Origin: Eledone cirrhosa
Lineage: Eukaryota
Assembly: GCA_964016885.1 (NCBI GenBank)
Contig: OZ024752.1
Location: 22,320,001-22,384,000, forward strand
Direction: 5' to 3'
DNA length: 64,000 nt
Below are positions 24,698 to 38,759 of this stretch, one piece after another. Position 1 is the first letter of the stretch; each line of letters starts with the position of its first letter. The position numbers were made by a program, and so were the translations under genes. Below the pieces are notes generated by a model. The model was not told the origin of the DNA, made no database searches, and was given only the letters and a program-made list of their open reading frames with translations.

Positions 24698-27275
24698 GTC
24701 ACTATCTCACTGTCACTATGTCACTGTCACTATGTCACTGTCTCACTGTCACTATGTCACTGTCAGTATCTCACTGTCACTATGTCACTGTCACTGTCTC
24801 ACTGTCACTATGACACTGTCACTATGTCACTGTCACTATGTCACTGTCACTATGTCACTGTCACTGTCTCACTGTCACTATCTCACTGTCACTATGTCAC
24901 TGCCACTGTCTCACTGTCACTATGTCACTGTCACTATTTCACTGTCACTATCTCACTGTCACTGTCTCACTGTCACTATCTCATTGTCACTATCTCACTG
25001 TCACTATGTCACTGTCACTATCTCACTGTCACTATGTCACTGTCACTATCTCACTGTCACTATATCACTGTCAATATGTCACTATCTCACTGTAACTATG
25101 TCACTGTCACTATGTCAATGGCACTATCTCACTGTCACTTTGGCCCTGTCACTATGTAACAGTCACTATGTCACTCTCACTATGCCACTGTCACTATCTC
25201 ACTGTCACTGTGTCAATGTCACTATCTCACCATCACTGTGACACTGCCACTATATCACTGTCACTATGTCACTGTCAACATCTAACTGTCACTATCTCAC
25301 TGTAACTGTGTCACTGTCACTAAGTCACTGTCACTATGTCACGCTCACTATATCAGTGTCACTATCTCACTGTTACTATGTCACTGTCACTATGTCACTG
25401 TCGCTATGTCACGGTCACTATGTCATGGTCACTATGTCACTGTCACTAAATCACAGTCACTATATCACTGTCACTATGTCCCTGTCTCTATGTCACTGTC
25501 ACTGTCACTATGTCACGGTCACTATCACTATGTCACAGTCACTATGTCACTGTCACTATGTCACAGTCACTATCACTATGTTACAGTTTCTATGTCACTG
25601 TCACTATATCACAGTCACTATGTCACTGTCACTATCTCACTGTCAATATGTCACTGCCACTATCTTACTGTCACAATGTCACTGTCACTCTCTCACTCTC
25701 ACTATCTCACTGTCACGATCTTACTGTCACTCTCTCACTGTCACTGTCTCACTGTCACTATGACACTATGTCACTGTCACTATCTCACTGTCATTATCGG
25801 ACGCCTTGCTTTGAGGCATAGAGTTATGGCCCTTGCCATTGTGAGTTCAAATCCCGCCGAGGTTAACTTTGCCTTTCATCCTTACGGGATCGATAAAATA
25901 AAGTACCAGTTACGCACTGGGGTCGATTTAATCGACTTTCCGAAAATTGCTGGCCTTGTGCCTATATAAGAAACCATTATGTCACTATCACTATGTCACT
26001 GCCACTGTCTCACTGCCACTGTCTCACTGTCACTATGTCACTGTCACTATCTCACTGTCACTATCTCACTGTCACTATCTCACTGTCACTATCTCACTGT
26101 CACTATGTCACTGCCACTGTCTCACTGCCACTGTCTCACTGTCACTATGTCACTGCCACTGTCTCACTGCCACTGTCTCACTGCCACTGTCTCACAGTCA
26201 CTATCTCACTGTCACTATCTCACTGTCACTATCTCACTGTCACTATGTCACTGTCACTATCTCACTGTCACTATGTCACTGTCACTGTCTCACTGTCACT
26301 ATGTCACTATCACTATGTCACTGCCACTGTCTCACTGCCACTGTCTCACTGTCACTATGTCACTGTCACTATCTCACTGTCACTATCTCACTGTCACTAT
26401 CTCACTGTCACTATGTCACTGTCCCTATCTCACTGTCACTATCTCACTGTCACTATGTCACTGTCACTATCTCACTATCACTATCTCACTGTCACTATGT
26501 CACTGTCCCTATCTCACTGCCACTGTCTCACAGTCACTATCTCACTGTCACTATCTCACTGTCACTATCTCACTGTCACTGTCACTATCTCACTGTCACT
26601 ATGTCACTGTCACTATCTCACTGTCACTATCTCACTGTCACTATCTCACTGTCACTATCTCACTGTCACTATGTCACTGCCACTGTCTCACTGTCACTAT
26701 CTCACAATCACTATGTCACTGTCACTATGTCACTGCCACTGTCACTATGTCACTGCCACTGTCTCACTGTCACTATGTCATTGCCACTGTCTCACTGTCA
26801 TTATGTTACTGCCACTGTCTCACTGTCACTATGTCACTGCCACTGTCTCACAGTCACTATGTCACTTCCACTATCTCACTGTCACTATCTCACTGTCACT
26901 ATCTCACTGCCACTATCTCACTGTCACTGTGTCACTCTCACCATGTCACTGCCACTGTCTCACTGTCACTATGTCACTGCCACTGTCTCACTGTCACTAT
27001 GTCACTCTTACTATGTCACTGTCACTATCTCACTGTCACTGTCACTGTCATTATGTCACTGTAACTATCTCACTGCCACTGTCTCACAGTCACTATGTCA
27101 TTGTCACTATGTCACTCTTACTATGTCACTGTCACTACCTCACTGTCACTCTCTCACTGTCACTATGTCACTGTCACTATGTCACTCTTATTATGTCACT
27201 GTCACTATCTCACTGCCACTGTCTCACTGTCACTATGTCACTGTCACTATGTCACTGCCACTGTCTCTCTGTCAC
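24698..27275. repeat. Low-complexity satellite of TCACTG/TCACTATG/TCACTATC units, interrupted by a SINE at 25796-25980
   Basis: About 2.5 kb of 6- and 8-bp units, directly visible. Confidence 0.95.
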
Positions 27276-27390
27276 CATCACTATATCCCTGTTGATATTC
27301 CTTCTTTTCATAAACCTGTCTTTCTTCTCCTGGACTATTTCTCTTCTTCATTTATTTATCTCTCCATTCTGAGAAATATTTCTGCTTTAA

Positions 27391-27989
27391 CCCTTTAGCA
27401 TTTAAACTGGCTCTATCTGGCCAGAATTCTCCCACCCTATTCTGTTTAAACCAGCCGTAAATGGCTTCTCATACTGATGTTAAATTATTGTTCTCAAAAT
27501 AAATAATATTAAAATCTCATAAATTTGATATTATGTAAGATAAAGTCTTTCCTTTAAAAATACAATAGTAAATATAGAGTAATGTAAATACTAAAGGGTT
27601 AATCATATTTCAGAGTTGAATGAGTTTACCCATTTGTGGTTATATTTCTAATGAAATACACCCTATTTCAATTAATTATTGATGACTTTTGAGGGTTTTA
27701 CGAAGATTATTAATTTTTTCCTTACTAAGACAGTAACTTAACAAATTGTAAATAGTAGATATTAATTAACCCTTTACCATTAAACCAGCCATATCCAGAC
27801 AGATGGCTCTCACCTCTTTCTGCTTAAACTGACTATAACCAGCCACTCATACTGACGTTAAGGTATTGTTCTCAAAATAAATAACTTCAAAATCTCATAG
27901 ATTCGATATTATGTGAGGTAATTTTGTAAGATGAAACCTTTACTGTGAAAATATAATAATAAATATAGAGTAATGTTAATGCTAAAGGG
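27391..27989. mobile_element. Two piggyBac-type MITEs (27391-27598, 27770-27989), same family as 5428
   Basis: TTAA|CCCTTTA...TAAAGGG|TTAA termini and shared internal sequence. Confidence 0.8.
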
Positions 27990-28307
27990 TTAAAATACCT
28001 TTTATAATATATTGTTGTTGAATAAATAACAGCAATACTGAACATACTCATTCTCTCTTACATACACATATATATATACCAGGTCCGAACACAAAAGAAC
28101 CAAACTCCCACTGTCACTGCTTCCATCTCTCCCACACTCGCCACTTAATAAATGGTTTTACATAAAGTTATGTTAGAAGATTTTAATTCAAATGGGAATT
28201 CTTTAAAATATATGGTTTTGTTTCATACAACTAGGACCAATTTGAAAGTGCTTGTGTTATGTTTCTCAAGTTGACTAAGAAATATTCAATGTTTGCTTTA
28301 TTTCTAG

Positions 28308-28506
28308 AAACAGGCATAACTTTTTGAGGATCACCAGAATTCTGGTAGCCCTTGGAGAATTTGGTCTCACAGACGAACAGAGAAACTGGTTAGAATTCCT
28401 GAAGAAAATAGTCACTGATGGTATTCTGAATGAAGCTGCCTTTTCTTTGTATACATTCTGGATTCCAGCTGTAGAAGAATTCAGTTTTTGTTCGGAGTCC
28501 TACTAA
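28308..28506 (+). CDS. OGFR-like: OGFr-domain gene A terminal exon (NRHNFLRITRILVALGEFG...FWIPAVEEFSFCSESY*)
   Basis: Acceptor tttctag|; HNxLRITRILxxLG signature; TAA stop. The six exons total 702 nt in frame. Confidence 0.9.
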
Positions 28507-30379
28507 AATATACAAGGTCATCATCATTTAACATCTACTTTCCATCTACTTTCCATGTTTGCATAGATTAGATGAGCTGTTACATTATGAGGTTAGTCAG
28601 ATCATGTGATCATGTCTTACTCATATAATCTACTTTGGGCTTTTTTCAGTTGGCTTCCCTTTCTAATGCCAACCACATTACAGCATGTACTGAGAGCATT
28701 GTTTTTGGATGGACACAAACACACACACCATCTCTACTGCTTTACAGGGTGAACTGGATATTATTTGTCATGGGCCCAACACCACCACCTTACAGGATGT
28801 ATTGGGTGCTTTTTGTTGAGGGGGTCAGCACCTCACTGTCATACATTTTGACCCCCAGCCTATCTGAATGCTATGATGGGCTGAGAGGCCAATATCTCCT
28901 ATACATTCCCGCAGTCTACCTAGTGCATTTCATCATGACACCAGCACTAGAGAGGTTGTTGGGCATCATCAACATTGTCATTTTCAATGTTTGTGTGAAC
29001 TGGATAGGTTGTCATGGTTTAAGTATAGATGAGTCATCTTGTCTATACATTCCATTTCTGGCATGGTTTCTCTGACTGGATGACTTTCCTAATGCCAACC
29101 ACTTTATAGAGAGCACTGGGTAAATTTCATCATGGCACCGGCACTACCATTTTATAGAATGTTCTGAGTGCATTTTACCATGGCCCCAACACAAGTAAGT
29201 TCACTATGTCCTAAACAGAGCTAAAGGGATCCATTCAACCCTACATTTTCTTGGTTTGGTCACAATCACTTTATAGAGTGTTCTGGGTACATTTTATTAT
29301 GGCACTAGCATTAGTGAGTTCATGAAGTCTTCTACAGGAGTAAAGGGACTTGTCAGAGACTTAATGGTACTCACCAATTTATATTGTTGCATCACTGGTT
29401 CAATCTATCCAATGTAACCCAGATGGTGGATAGAAGAAGGACCTGGGTGAATGAGGATATAATGGAAGAGACAGATTGGAATGGAAGGTAGCAGAGGAAG
29501 TGTGGGGGGGGGGGGACAGTGCATACAACCATAGAAAGCTGGACGTGTTCCACACTTACTCTCCCAGTGCTGCTGCCATGACAAAATGTGCCTAGGCCAT
29601 TCTGCATACTGACAGGGCTGGCGCTACAACAACAAAAGCACCCAGTCCACCCTGTAAGATGGTTGTGCTGGTAACTTAACTAAAAATCACCACCACCCCT
29701 GCCTGTAATGTGGTCATACTGGTGGCATGACAAAAAGCAACCAGTTCACCCTTTAAGGTGGTCATACTGGTGACATGACAAAAAGCTCCCAATCCACACT
29801 GGTCATTTTGGTGCTACAATAAAATTGCACCAAGTCCACACTGCAATGTGGTTGGCATTAGGAAGGGTATCCAGCTGTGTAAACCAAGCCAAAAACATAT
29901 CTGTATGAGCACGACAAGATTACCTGACCTGACTTGTCAGATAATGTAACAACTTATCTAACCCACTATGAAACTAAAGGAAAAAAAATATATATATAAA
30001 ATAAAATTTGCTACAAACCAATGTGCTGCAACTGAAAAGAAGAGATGGTAAGAAAGGCCAACATATTCGCCGAGAAGAGAAAGTATGCACAGGTGGCAGC
30101 CCACTTGAGTAATCATAACTCCAGTTCCATAACAAAAACAAAAACACCACAACTTTGCACCTGTCTGGAACATGACAAAGGGTTATCGTGCAATGACGTC
30201 GACGTCTTCGCAATACATATAACAGGATTATGTAATAAACATAGGATATACATTTAAAACTGTCTCTCTTTATAATATTTATGTAATGAAAAACACTTTA
30301 GAGTGTTTTACGTCTGTTTTCAACCAGTCAGTGGATTATCTGATCAACCATCTTTCCTATATTGAATATGTATATATAG

Positions 30380-30410
<31 letters not shown>

Positions 30411-30494
30411 CATACACACACACATGTATATATTTATTATATATATTGTTTACCTCTCAACATATTAAACAGCTAAAACAAATAAGCGCATAAA

Positions 30495-30700
30495 TACAGT
30501 AAAAAGTTCCCAGTTCCACACTATAAATGTGGTTGGTGTTAGGAAGGGCATCCAGCCGTAGAAAACCTGCCAGATAGTCCTATACGAACGAGACACAGTC
30601 ACTCGACCAGCCTTGCCTCAAGTGGAACAACTCCCGTCTAACCCATGCTAGCATGGAAAATGGACATTAAACGAAGATGATGATGATGATGATGATGATA
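30495..30700 (+). mobile_element. RTE 3' UTR fragment (similar pieces at 8420-8690, 29640-29940, 50760-51110, and 59770-59897 on minus)
   Basis: gtggttggtgttaggaagggcatccagccgtagaaaacc...(GAT)n, shared with the RTE at 1020-4569. Confidence 0.8.
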
Positions 30701-30868
30701 TTCAAAGTTATGGATGTTATGATTGAGATATTCTCAAACATGTGTCTTGTCTCCCAAAATCAGCTCATAGAAAAAGTTCAGAGAATAAATCCAAGTATTT
30801 AATCATTATAAAATAGTGAATGACATATATACATACATAAATATCTAATGATATAAATGTATGATAGG

Positions 30869-31369
30869 TCACATCAAACTTTAACAAGAGACAATATATG
30901 TGGAATGTAAAAATACATACTTCCTTAGAGTATCATATTAAAATTTAACAAAAATAAAAAAAAATTTAAATATATTTATGCTCCTATTTGTTTGAGCTGT
31001 TTAATATGTTGAGAGGTTGGACTGCTATTTCTAGTTGGCCTGAACCCTTTCATGTCATTGCGGGCGTTGACTCCGTGCATTGGCTTTTTAAAATAATACC
31101 ATGTGCCTCTCTCGTCACCTTCAGTTCTGTATGTTAATGGGTGTAAGTTTAGATCGATTCCCTCACTGACAATTCAAAATTGATTATCTAACTTCGCCGA
31201 TATTTGGTGAAATGTATTCATGTTTTGTGAAGGATACATATGAGGGAGATATATATGATTTTTATCAGGTGTCTATGTTTAAAATTTTAATTAAATTTTA
31301 ATATGATACTCTAACGAACTATGTATTTTGAGATTCTATATAGATTGTCTCTTGTTAAAGTTTGATGTG
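30869..31369. mobile_element. MITE-like element with imperfect terminal inverted repeats of about 80 bp
   Basis: cacatcaaactttaacaagagacaat... versus ...attgtctcttgttaaagtttgatgtg. Confidence 0.55.
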
Positions 31370-31568
31370 CGGATCACGATTGGCCGAACTTAGCCAAATC
31401 ACGTACGGACAGCGTATCAATGCGCCAAAGGAAAGTAGCTTGCTACAAATCTTGGTTATATAAAAAAGATTTGTTGTATTATATTATAAGATACTGAAGT
31501 ATATGGTTAGGTATGATCCTTTTGTGAATAAATGAATGAAGTATCAATCAGTTTTAACTTAATTTATA

Positions 31569-31996
31569 ATGAATGTATATATAGTGTATTTTGCAATACA
31601 CTGTATGCTTAATAAAAAGTATTTTGAAGACCTTAAGCTATTGTTTTAGAGTAGTGACAGACTCACTTACTTTAATTTCAGCAAACAGGAGGAGATAAAG
31701 CTGACAAGGCCTTGTTTCTGCATTTATTGATGCTTATCAAAGCCAACTACTCCTCCCGTTTGCTGAGAACCTGGATGTTTTGGTTCTTATAGAATTCTAG
31801 TAAATAATCAGGAACTGATTATACAGAGCGGTTGCCGGTCAAGCAGAAATTAAGGCCTTGTCAGCTTTATCTCCCCCTGTTTGCTGAAATTAAAGTAAGT
31901 GAATCTGTCACTACTCTAAAACAATAGCTTAAGGTCTTCAAAATGCTTTTTATTAAGCATACAGTGTATTGCAAAATACGCTATATATACATTCAT
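31569..31996. repeat. Inverted repeat with near-perfect arms of about 145 bp
   Basis: 31569-31713 is the reverse complement of 31853-31996. Part of the spacer is re-inverted at 32035-32075. Confidence 0.85.
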
Positions 31997-32804
31997 ATAT
32001 ATATAGTTATTTCAGAGCAACAATTCTAATTTTTAATTTCTGCTTGACCGGCAACCGCTCTGTATAATCAGTTCAATCAGAGCAACAATTCTAATTTTTA
32101 ATTTATAATATTTATATATGTAAACAACGATGGGGAAGTAACTCTTAATTTGTAACGTTTTTATGACAGTATTCAAAATATGATTTTGATAACGGTGTTA
32201 TTTACTTCGAATAAAATATGTTTCTATCTACTAGATCTTATAATTATTTATATTATAGATAAGTAAAACATAATACAGTAAATTATATAAATGGTCAATG
32301 TACTAACTGTAAACTTTGTGGAAAGTCTTGGAAATACGGTGCAAGCAAGAATTAAATAATTCATTTTTCTTGTTAATAATATTACCTGGATTAGTAATAA
32401 TTTGAAAGATTTCCTCCGTACAAAGATGACAAATTATTTGAAAAAGGACTATAAAAGCTATGAATGAGAAGGGAATCTTGGGTCACAGAAGAAAAGGAGG
32501 GGAAGGGAAGAGGGTGATGGGCTCTCAGTCAGTGACGACTTGAGTGAGGTGCTAAGAAGCCAGCTTGGAGTAGGAATCATGTGAGGCTGCATCTCATGTG
32601 GCCAGACATTTCATAGAGCATGCACCTCCTTCGTCACCCCACCTCCTTGTGAAGCTGGACATACTGCCAAAGAAATAATCTTACCTGATATTGAAGACTG
32701 AGATACTATAGAATTTTAGTAGATACCATTATTTATTTCAGAAACTAAAGTTCTGATGACCAGTTCTCACCCAGTTTTTCCTATCTCCTATTACTGTACA
32801 GATG

Positions 32805-33675
32805 TATTGGCAGTATTGGTAGAGTGTCGGACACCATGCTTTGCGACATGGAGTTACTGCCCTTTACGTTCCGCGTTCAAATCCTGCCTAAGTTAGCTTT
32901 GTCTTTCATCCTTATGGGGTCAATAAAATAAAGTACCAGTAATGCACTGGGGTCAATTTAATTGACTTTTCCTTCCCCCCAAATTGTTGGCCTTGTGCTT
33001 AAATCAGAAACCATTATTGCGGTGGATTGGCAGTATCGGTAGAGGGTCGGACGCCATGCTTTCCAGCATAGTTACGTCCCTTTACGATCTGAGTTCAAAT
33101 CCCACAGAGGTTGACTTTGCCTTTCATCTTTACGGGGTCGATAAAATAAAGTACCAGTAATGTACTAGGTAATTGCTGGCCATGTGCCTAAAGTAGAAAC
33201 AATTATTACTGTACTGTGTTACTCTGCAAGATGTTGACACAGCATGGTTGACTGGTTAAGAAGTTCACTTTGGCCCCGGGTTCAATCCCACTGCATGGGA
33301 TTTTGGGCATGTCATTTATCATAGCTTTTGGCAGTATCGGTAGAACGTCAGACATCAGGCTTTGCATCATAGAGTTATGGCCCTTTACGTTAACTTTGTC
33401 TTTCATCCTTACGGGATTGATAAAATAAAGCACCAGTAATGCACTGGCGTAATTGCTGGCCTTGTGCCAAAAGTAGAAACAATTATTAAGATTGGCAGTA
33501 TCGGTAGATCATCGGACACCATGCTTAGAGTTACAGCCCTCTACGAAGTTAGCTTTGCCTTTCATCGTTTCGGGGTCAATAAAATAAAGTACCAGTTACG
33601 TACTCAGGTTGATGTAATCGACTTTCTCCACCCCCAAAATTGCTGGCCTTGTGCCTAAATCAAAAACCATTATTA
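32805..33675 (+). mobile_element. Head-to-tail cluster of four Nin-like tRNA SINEs (another copy at 34890-35048)
   Basis: Repeated ttggcagtatcggtaga...tttcatc...gtcgataaaataaagtaccag...gaaacaattatt. Confidence 0.85.
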
Positions 33676-34708
33676 TATCCAGAGAGAGAGAGAGATGTTT
33701 TCGTGTGAGTTTATGACCAAGGACAAATATGAGGAACAGAGCAACATTGAAACAAGCCCACAATGTTGGGTATTTTGAAGTCTTGGTAACTATAGAAACA
33801 ACGCAGCTAGGTAAGTTGTAGTTTTCGTAGTCTTCCAACTAGTCAAAGTATTAGGGATCTGCTGGGATGACGATTATTAAGCTAGGCTTGAAAGGGAACA
33901 AACAATCTACAGATATAACACGGTTCGTCCCTAAATTCAGTCCGGGCTACAACTGACAGGGAGCTTGAAGGGTTGTGCATGTGTGTCAAAACAACAACAG
34001 CAACAAAACCTTTCTTCCTTCATTTGGACAAAAAAGAACAACGAACCAAAACTAAGAAACAGTCCAAAATATCTTTCAAAGTGCAACGAATGCCCCCTTA
34101 AAAAAAAAATTGAATAAGTATTCCCTTTCACCGATTGGAATTATATTTTCTAGCAAGCGGTAGAAAATATTTTCGTATTTCGCGACGACTTGCTGGTTAA
34201 GGTGTGATGTCATCTTACACAAGTTGTTGCCTTGTTGATTAATAATATACCAATATACGAACCTTTTTCAGGGAAGCTAACGATTTTACTTGACTATCAA
34301 TCAGGACATATATATATATATATCGTTTACTTTTCGAATATACAAGTATATATCACTCGCTTTTTCTTTATAACTGTAAATATATAGAAACATAGTTGCC
34401 CTTTGTTTAAATGAAAAATAATACTCGTTCTAACTAGAACACTTACAAAAGTTACGAAAAGTTGCATTGTTTTGATGCGAGACATTTTCAGTTCAGTCTT
34501 TGGCTGTTGGAAAACAATTTTTAGTAGATAAGGAGTTATGTATTGACAAACAGTGCCTCAGATTGTCAAAGCGACAGACAGATAAATATGTAGATAGACG
34601 GACAGGAGGCTGACAGCTAGATATAGAGAGATAGAAAGATAGATATAGATAGAGGGACAGACAGATAGAGAGATAAGGAGAAAGAAATATAGACAAACAC
34701 ATTCAAAA

Positions 34709-34786
34709 ATGATTGTACTCCCCTTATTGACCATATCGTTGATGTTCATTGTGGTATCACTTTTATTCAGGTATAAACCCCTAAAG
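34709..34786 (+). CDS. OGFr-domain gene B putative first coding exon, hydrophobic signal-anchor (MIVLPLLTISLMFIVVSLLFRYKPLK)
   Basis: caaaaATG start context and consensus donor AAG|gtaagt. Phase 0 joins the acceptor at 40812. Linkage is inferred, with no transcript evidence. Confidence 0.65.
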
Positions 34787-35059
34787 GTAAGTTTTTCATT
34801 ACTTTATTTTAGATATTGGTGCACAAAGTGATCAGGATTGTTGTCTTTGTGGTTGTTTTTCAACAGGAAATTTCATTTTATATCTTGTGAGGGTGGTAGA
34901 TTGGCAGTATTGATAGAGCGTCTGACACCATCCTTCTCTTTACGTTCTGAGTTCAAATCCTACCAAGGTTAGCTTTGCCATTCGTCCTTATGGGGGTCGA
35001 TAAAATAAAGTACCAGTAACATACTGTGCCTAAATCAGAAACCATTATAACATCATATA

Positions 35060-37845
35060 AACACTGTAGCCGGAGGCATTCAGACTTGCCTGGCGTCTTT
35101 CTATCACTTTGGCGAGAGTCGTTCCACTCTCCACGTGGGGTTCTTCCAACAGTGTCTATCTTCACACGACACGTCTCCTCACGGTGCCAACAGCCAAGTG
35201 CAACTGCCCACCGCTTGGTCCCTCGTGTCGCCTCCCGTCCTCCTGCTTCTGGTCAGCCCTCCCTCAACTTCCGGTAATCCCTCTCCCATGGCAGCTCTAC
35301 ACCCCCCTCCCTCTATCTCACGGCAGCCCCACAAACACAATATTGGTAATAAATATTATTTACATACAATACCGGATTGTCAAGCATTTCCCCCAGCGCC
35401 TCCGAGCGAAACGCTGTGCTGTTGTTCATCTACAGGGCCTCGCTCCAAGAATATCTCTCAGCGTCCGCGCGATTTCCTCCGCAGTCCTTGTCTTCATTTC
35501 CCTCCATATTGCCATTTGTCCCGGCCCACAAACGACCATCAAGAGATACGTTCCTTGTCGGTAGTGTGTCACGTCCACCCCCTATCGTTTCCAGTTGTGC
35601 TCCACCGGGATGCTGCCTCTCTCGTGCACACCCGGGGAAGGGTCGATAGACTGGCATCTGTCGCAACCTCCGACCACTCTCTGGACACTCTATCTGCTAA
35701 CATCAGAGTTGATTCTTCTGGCTAGGAACAGGGTCCTATCCACTCCCATGTGGTGCATGGCATACAGTCCCCTCAATTCCGAATCAATCAGCCGACACAC
35801 TGCAGCTATCCCCCTATCTGCGTCCTCTGGCGTTTCCAGACAGGCGTTCTTCACCCTGGTTAATACGTCTGCCCTGTTTTTCTCTGAGGGTACAAAAACC
35901 ACACTCAACTCCAGGCCAAACTTGGTGGACAGCTCTCCCAGAGTTCCTGGGTGGCGCGTAATCAACATTTCTGCTGCTCCTCACATTCGTACCCTCTTCT
36001 CAGTACGAATTTCTATGGTGCACAGCCCCCATCTCAGGGCGAGATTCATTCCTATCAGCACAGCATCCAGTTCGGCCACATTGAATAGGTTGTAGTCCTT
36101 CTTCTTGAGCCAGGCTTCATCCTCGACCTCGACATCCCCTCTCCAGAGTGACCCCTAGTGCTATGCTGCTGGCATCGCACCATATCGTCCCACTCTCCGA
36201 TTTGGGGACGTACCAGCGTCCTATCACTAAGTCATCCGCCTTTACCCTCTCTATAATCTCCTACATCATGGCCACTGTCCTCTCTCCAACCCTGTCACCC
36301 CCAGCTCATCCCGTCTGCTCGTCTCTTGACATAGCTGCATGCCGTCCGGAGCTACCCTGCAATCGGATAGTGGCCCACAAATTTACCACACATTGAGAAG
36401 AGTTCCCGTCTATTCATATCGGGGCCCAGTTCCAGGACTTTGTTACTCCTCCGAAACACCAGTGTACCCACCTTATCTCTTTGCGGCTCCTCCTCCTATC
36501 ATCTCTGGCAGTTTTGCGGTCAGACCGAACCTTCCCAAGTAACCCGAGACCTCTGCTGCTGACACCACCGTCTCGTCCACCAAGATGTCGTCGATGTAGG
36601 AGTTGGTGGCCCTCTTCACCTTGTCTGCTTTTCCCAGAATGGCCTTGAGGACCGTGGCCATGATTTTTGGTGCAGAGTTCAACCCGAAGCCAAGCCTGGT
36701 CAGGCAGTATGTCTGGCCCTTATACCTGACCAGCTGATATTTCCACAGCTTCTCATCCATGTGTAACTGCAGATATGCCGACTGTAAGTGACAATCGTGG
36801 AGGCCCCCGTCATTCGTCTACACTCTTGCAAGGTTCCCCCGCAATTATCCGTAACCTCACCGCCTATGTGGCATGAAACGTGTTCGTTCAGCTCACGAAA
36901 GTCCAGCACCGGTCTAACCTTGTTCTTCGTGGGATGCACCACTGCCATCAGCGGCAACACTCCACACTTCACCTCCTCCTTCCAAGGAATCAGTATACCC
37001 TCCTGGGTATCTTTCCCTCAAACTCGCTTCTGGCATTTCCTTTCTGGGTATGCTGATAGCAGCCCACTTTATTCTTCAGCATTGGTGGATCTCCCTTTCA
37101 GTACCACTCAACTACCCACCGCTGCCCATCGAACACCGCCCTGAAATCCTTGTCCTGTATGGTGTTTTCTTCGTGGATTCTCACCGCACTCACGGCACAT
37201 GATGTCTCCTCGCTACCAAACGTCACCCTGACTTCACTCACTGTAACACCTCCTAAGCAGCCAATCGCATCCATGCCCATTACTACATCGATTCCGTCCA
37301 CCACCTGGTCAATCACGATCGCCCCGAACCTAATTTTTCTTCCCCGTACCACCACCGACACCTCCCTACCGTCGACTGCCCTTATACTGCTCATCCCGCT
37401 CCACCTTTTAACCACCTCCGTGGTCACTAATGTTGTCGTGCAACCCGTGTCCACGAGTGCTCGCAATGGCTTCCCCCTCACCAGAACTTCTACTACGGGC
37501 AGCGACTGCAAAGGTGTCTTTACTCGCTCCCAGGGGTGGCTGCCGATGCAGTAGTCCCCCTTGAACCATTTCCCTAGTCGCAGTTATTGGCGATGTGGCC
37601 TGGTCGCTCGCAGCGGTAACAGACTATGGCTGGCTTCGGCTCTCTGCAGTCCCTTGCCATGTCGGACCCTGGCACCTGAAGCACTGGCCTCTGAACGCAC
37701 GTGGACGGCTATTCACAGCGGCTGGTCTCCTTTCGTCGTACGTCAGTCGCTGCTTCCGTCGCTGCCTGGCGCTGCAACATTCCACCTTGTGTCTTGTGTT
37801 ATTAAGCACAGGGCCCCGTTGGCCAGAGGATGCCCATCTTCCTGC
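35060..37845 (-). mobile_element. Decayed Ty3/Gypsy LTR retrotransposon internal region (gag knuckle, protease, RT, RNase H, integrase)
   Basis: CFRC, ALVDTGC, VRPVLDFRELN, LGFGLNSAP, YIDD, N.AD.LTR and an integrase HH..CC region, in PR-RT-RH-IN order. Frameshifted; no LTRs seen. Confidence 0.85.
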
Positions 37846-37956
37846 CAAAAAAAATTTTACTATGCATTTTTCAAATGTTTGGGGCCCTTCAACTTAACTA
37901 GCACAGGGCCTCATTTGTCCATAATCTGGCACTGTTTATATGTAAACAATATATAT

Positions 37957-38310
37957 AATTGTTTCTACTTTTGGCACAAGGCCAGCAATTATCCCAGTGT
38001 ATTACTGGTACTTTATTTTATCGACCCCGTAAGGATGAAAGGCAAAGTTACCTTGGCGGCATTTGAACTCAGACCATAAAAGGGCATAACTCTATGCTAC
38101 AGAGCATGGCGTCCGACCCTCCACTGATACTGCCAATCCACCGATCATTATCGGTAGAGGGTCAGACAACATGCTTTGTAGCACAGAGTTACGCCCCTTT
38201 CTGATCCGAGTTCAAATCCTTTGCCTTTCATCCTTACGGGGTCGATAAAATAAAGTACCAGTAATGTACTGGGTAATTGCTGGCCTTGTGCCAAAAAGTA
38301 GAAACAATTA
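37957..38310. mobile_element. Head-to-head pair of Nin-like SINEs
   Basis: Minus copy at 37957-38142 and plus copy at 38148-38310. Confidence 0.8.
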
Positions 38311-38759
38311 TATATAATGAATAAGATTTACAAAAGAGACATGTCGATAGAGATTAATCATAGATAAAAGGTAAATTTTTACAATTACACCTGCCTCGGA
38401 GTTGAAATTTATGTTATTGTGTTTTCTGGATTTCAAAACGGCCAGATATTCGTTTTTAACTTAAGGAGGGATGGTGCCAGCACCAAACAATCTAGCCAGT
38501 TTTCACAGGACATATGTACAGCCCAGGAAATAGCAATACCAACGGCTGTAAATATTGTTTGGCTATTCTCATACATCTTTTCTTTAAATAGTTTTTCTTT
38601 TTTTTGTTGTTGTTTTTCAAATGAAAGTATGTATAGGGAGAGCTACAGATGGAGAGAATGTTTAGCTAGACGTTAGGAATGGATAAAGGAAAGAATGTCT
38701 TGCTAGATGTTGGAAATGGAAGGTGTGAAAATGTTTTGTTATCATGGAGATATGTTAAA

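Noticed and set aside
24624-27398. Long His/Cys-rich ORFs resembling metal-binding proteins
   Set aside because: All three frames are open because the satellite lacks stop codons, and no splice or domain support exists.
32585-32701. GCISCGQTFHRAC half zinc-finger segment
   Set aside because: It is preceded by an in-frame stop and has no clear splice sites. Probably a transposon or pseudogene scrap, too short to call.
34771-34786. 16-nt micro-exon (ttcag|GTATAAACCCCTAAAG|gtaagt)
   Set aside because: Possible, but no upstream phase-2 exon was found. The ATG-started 78-nt exon explains the donor more simply.
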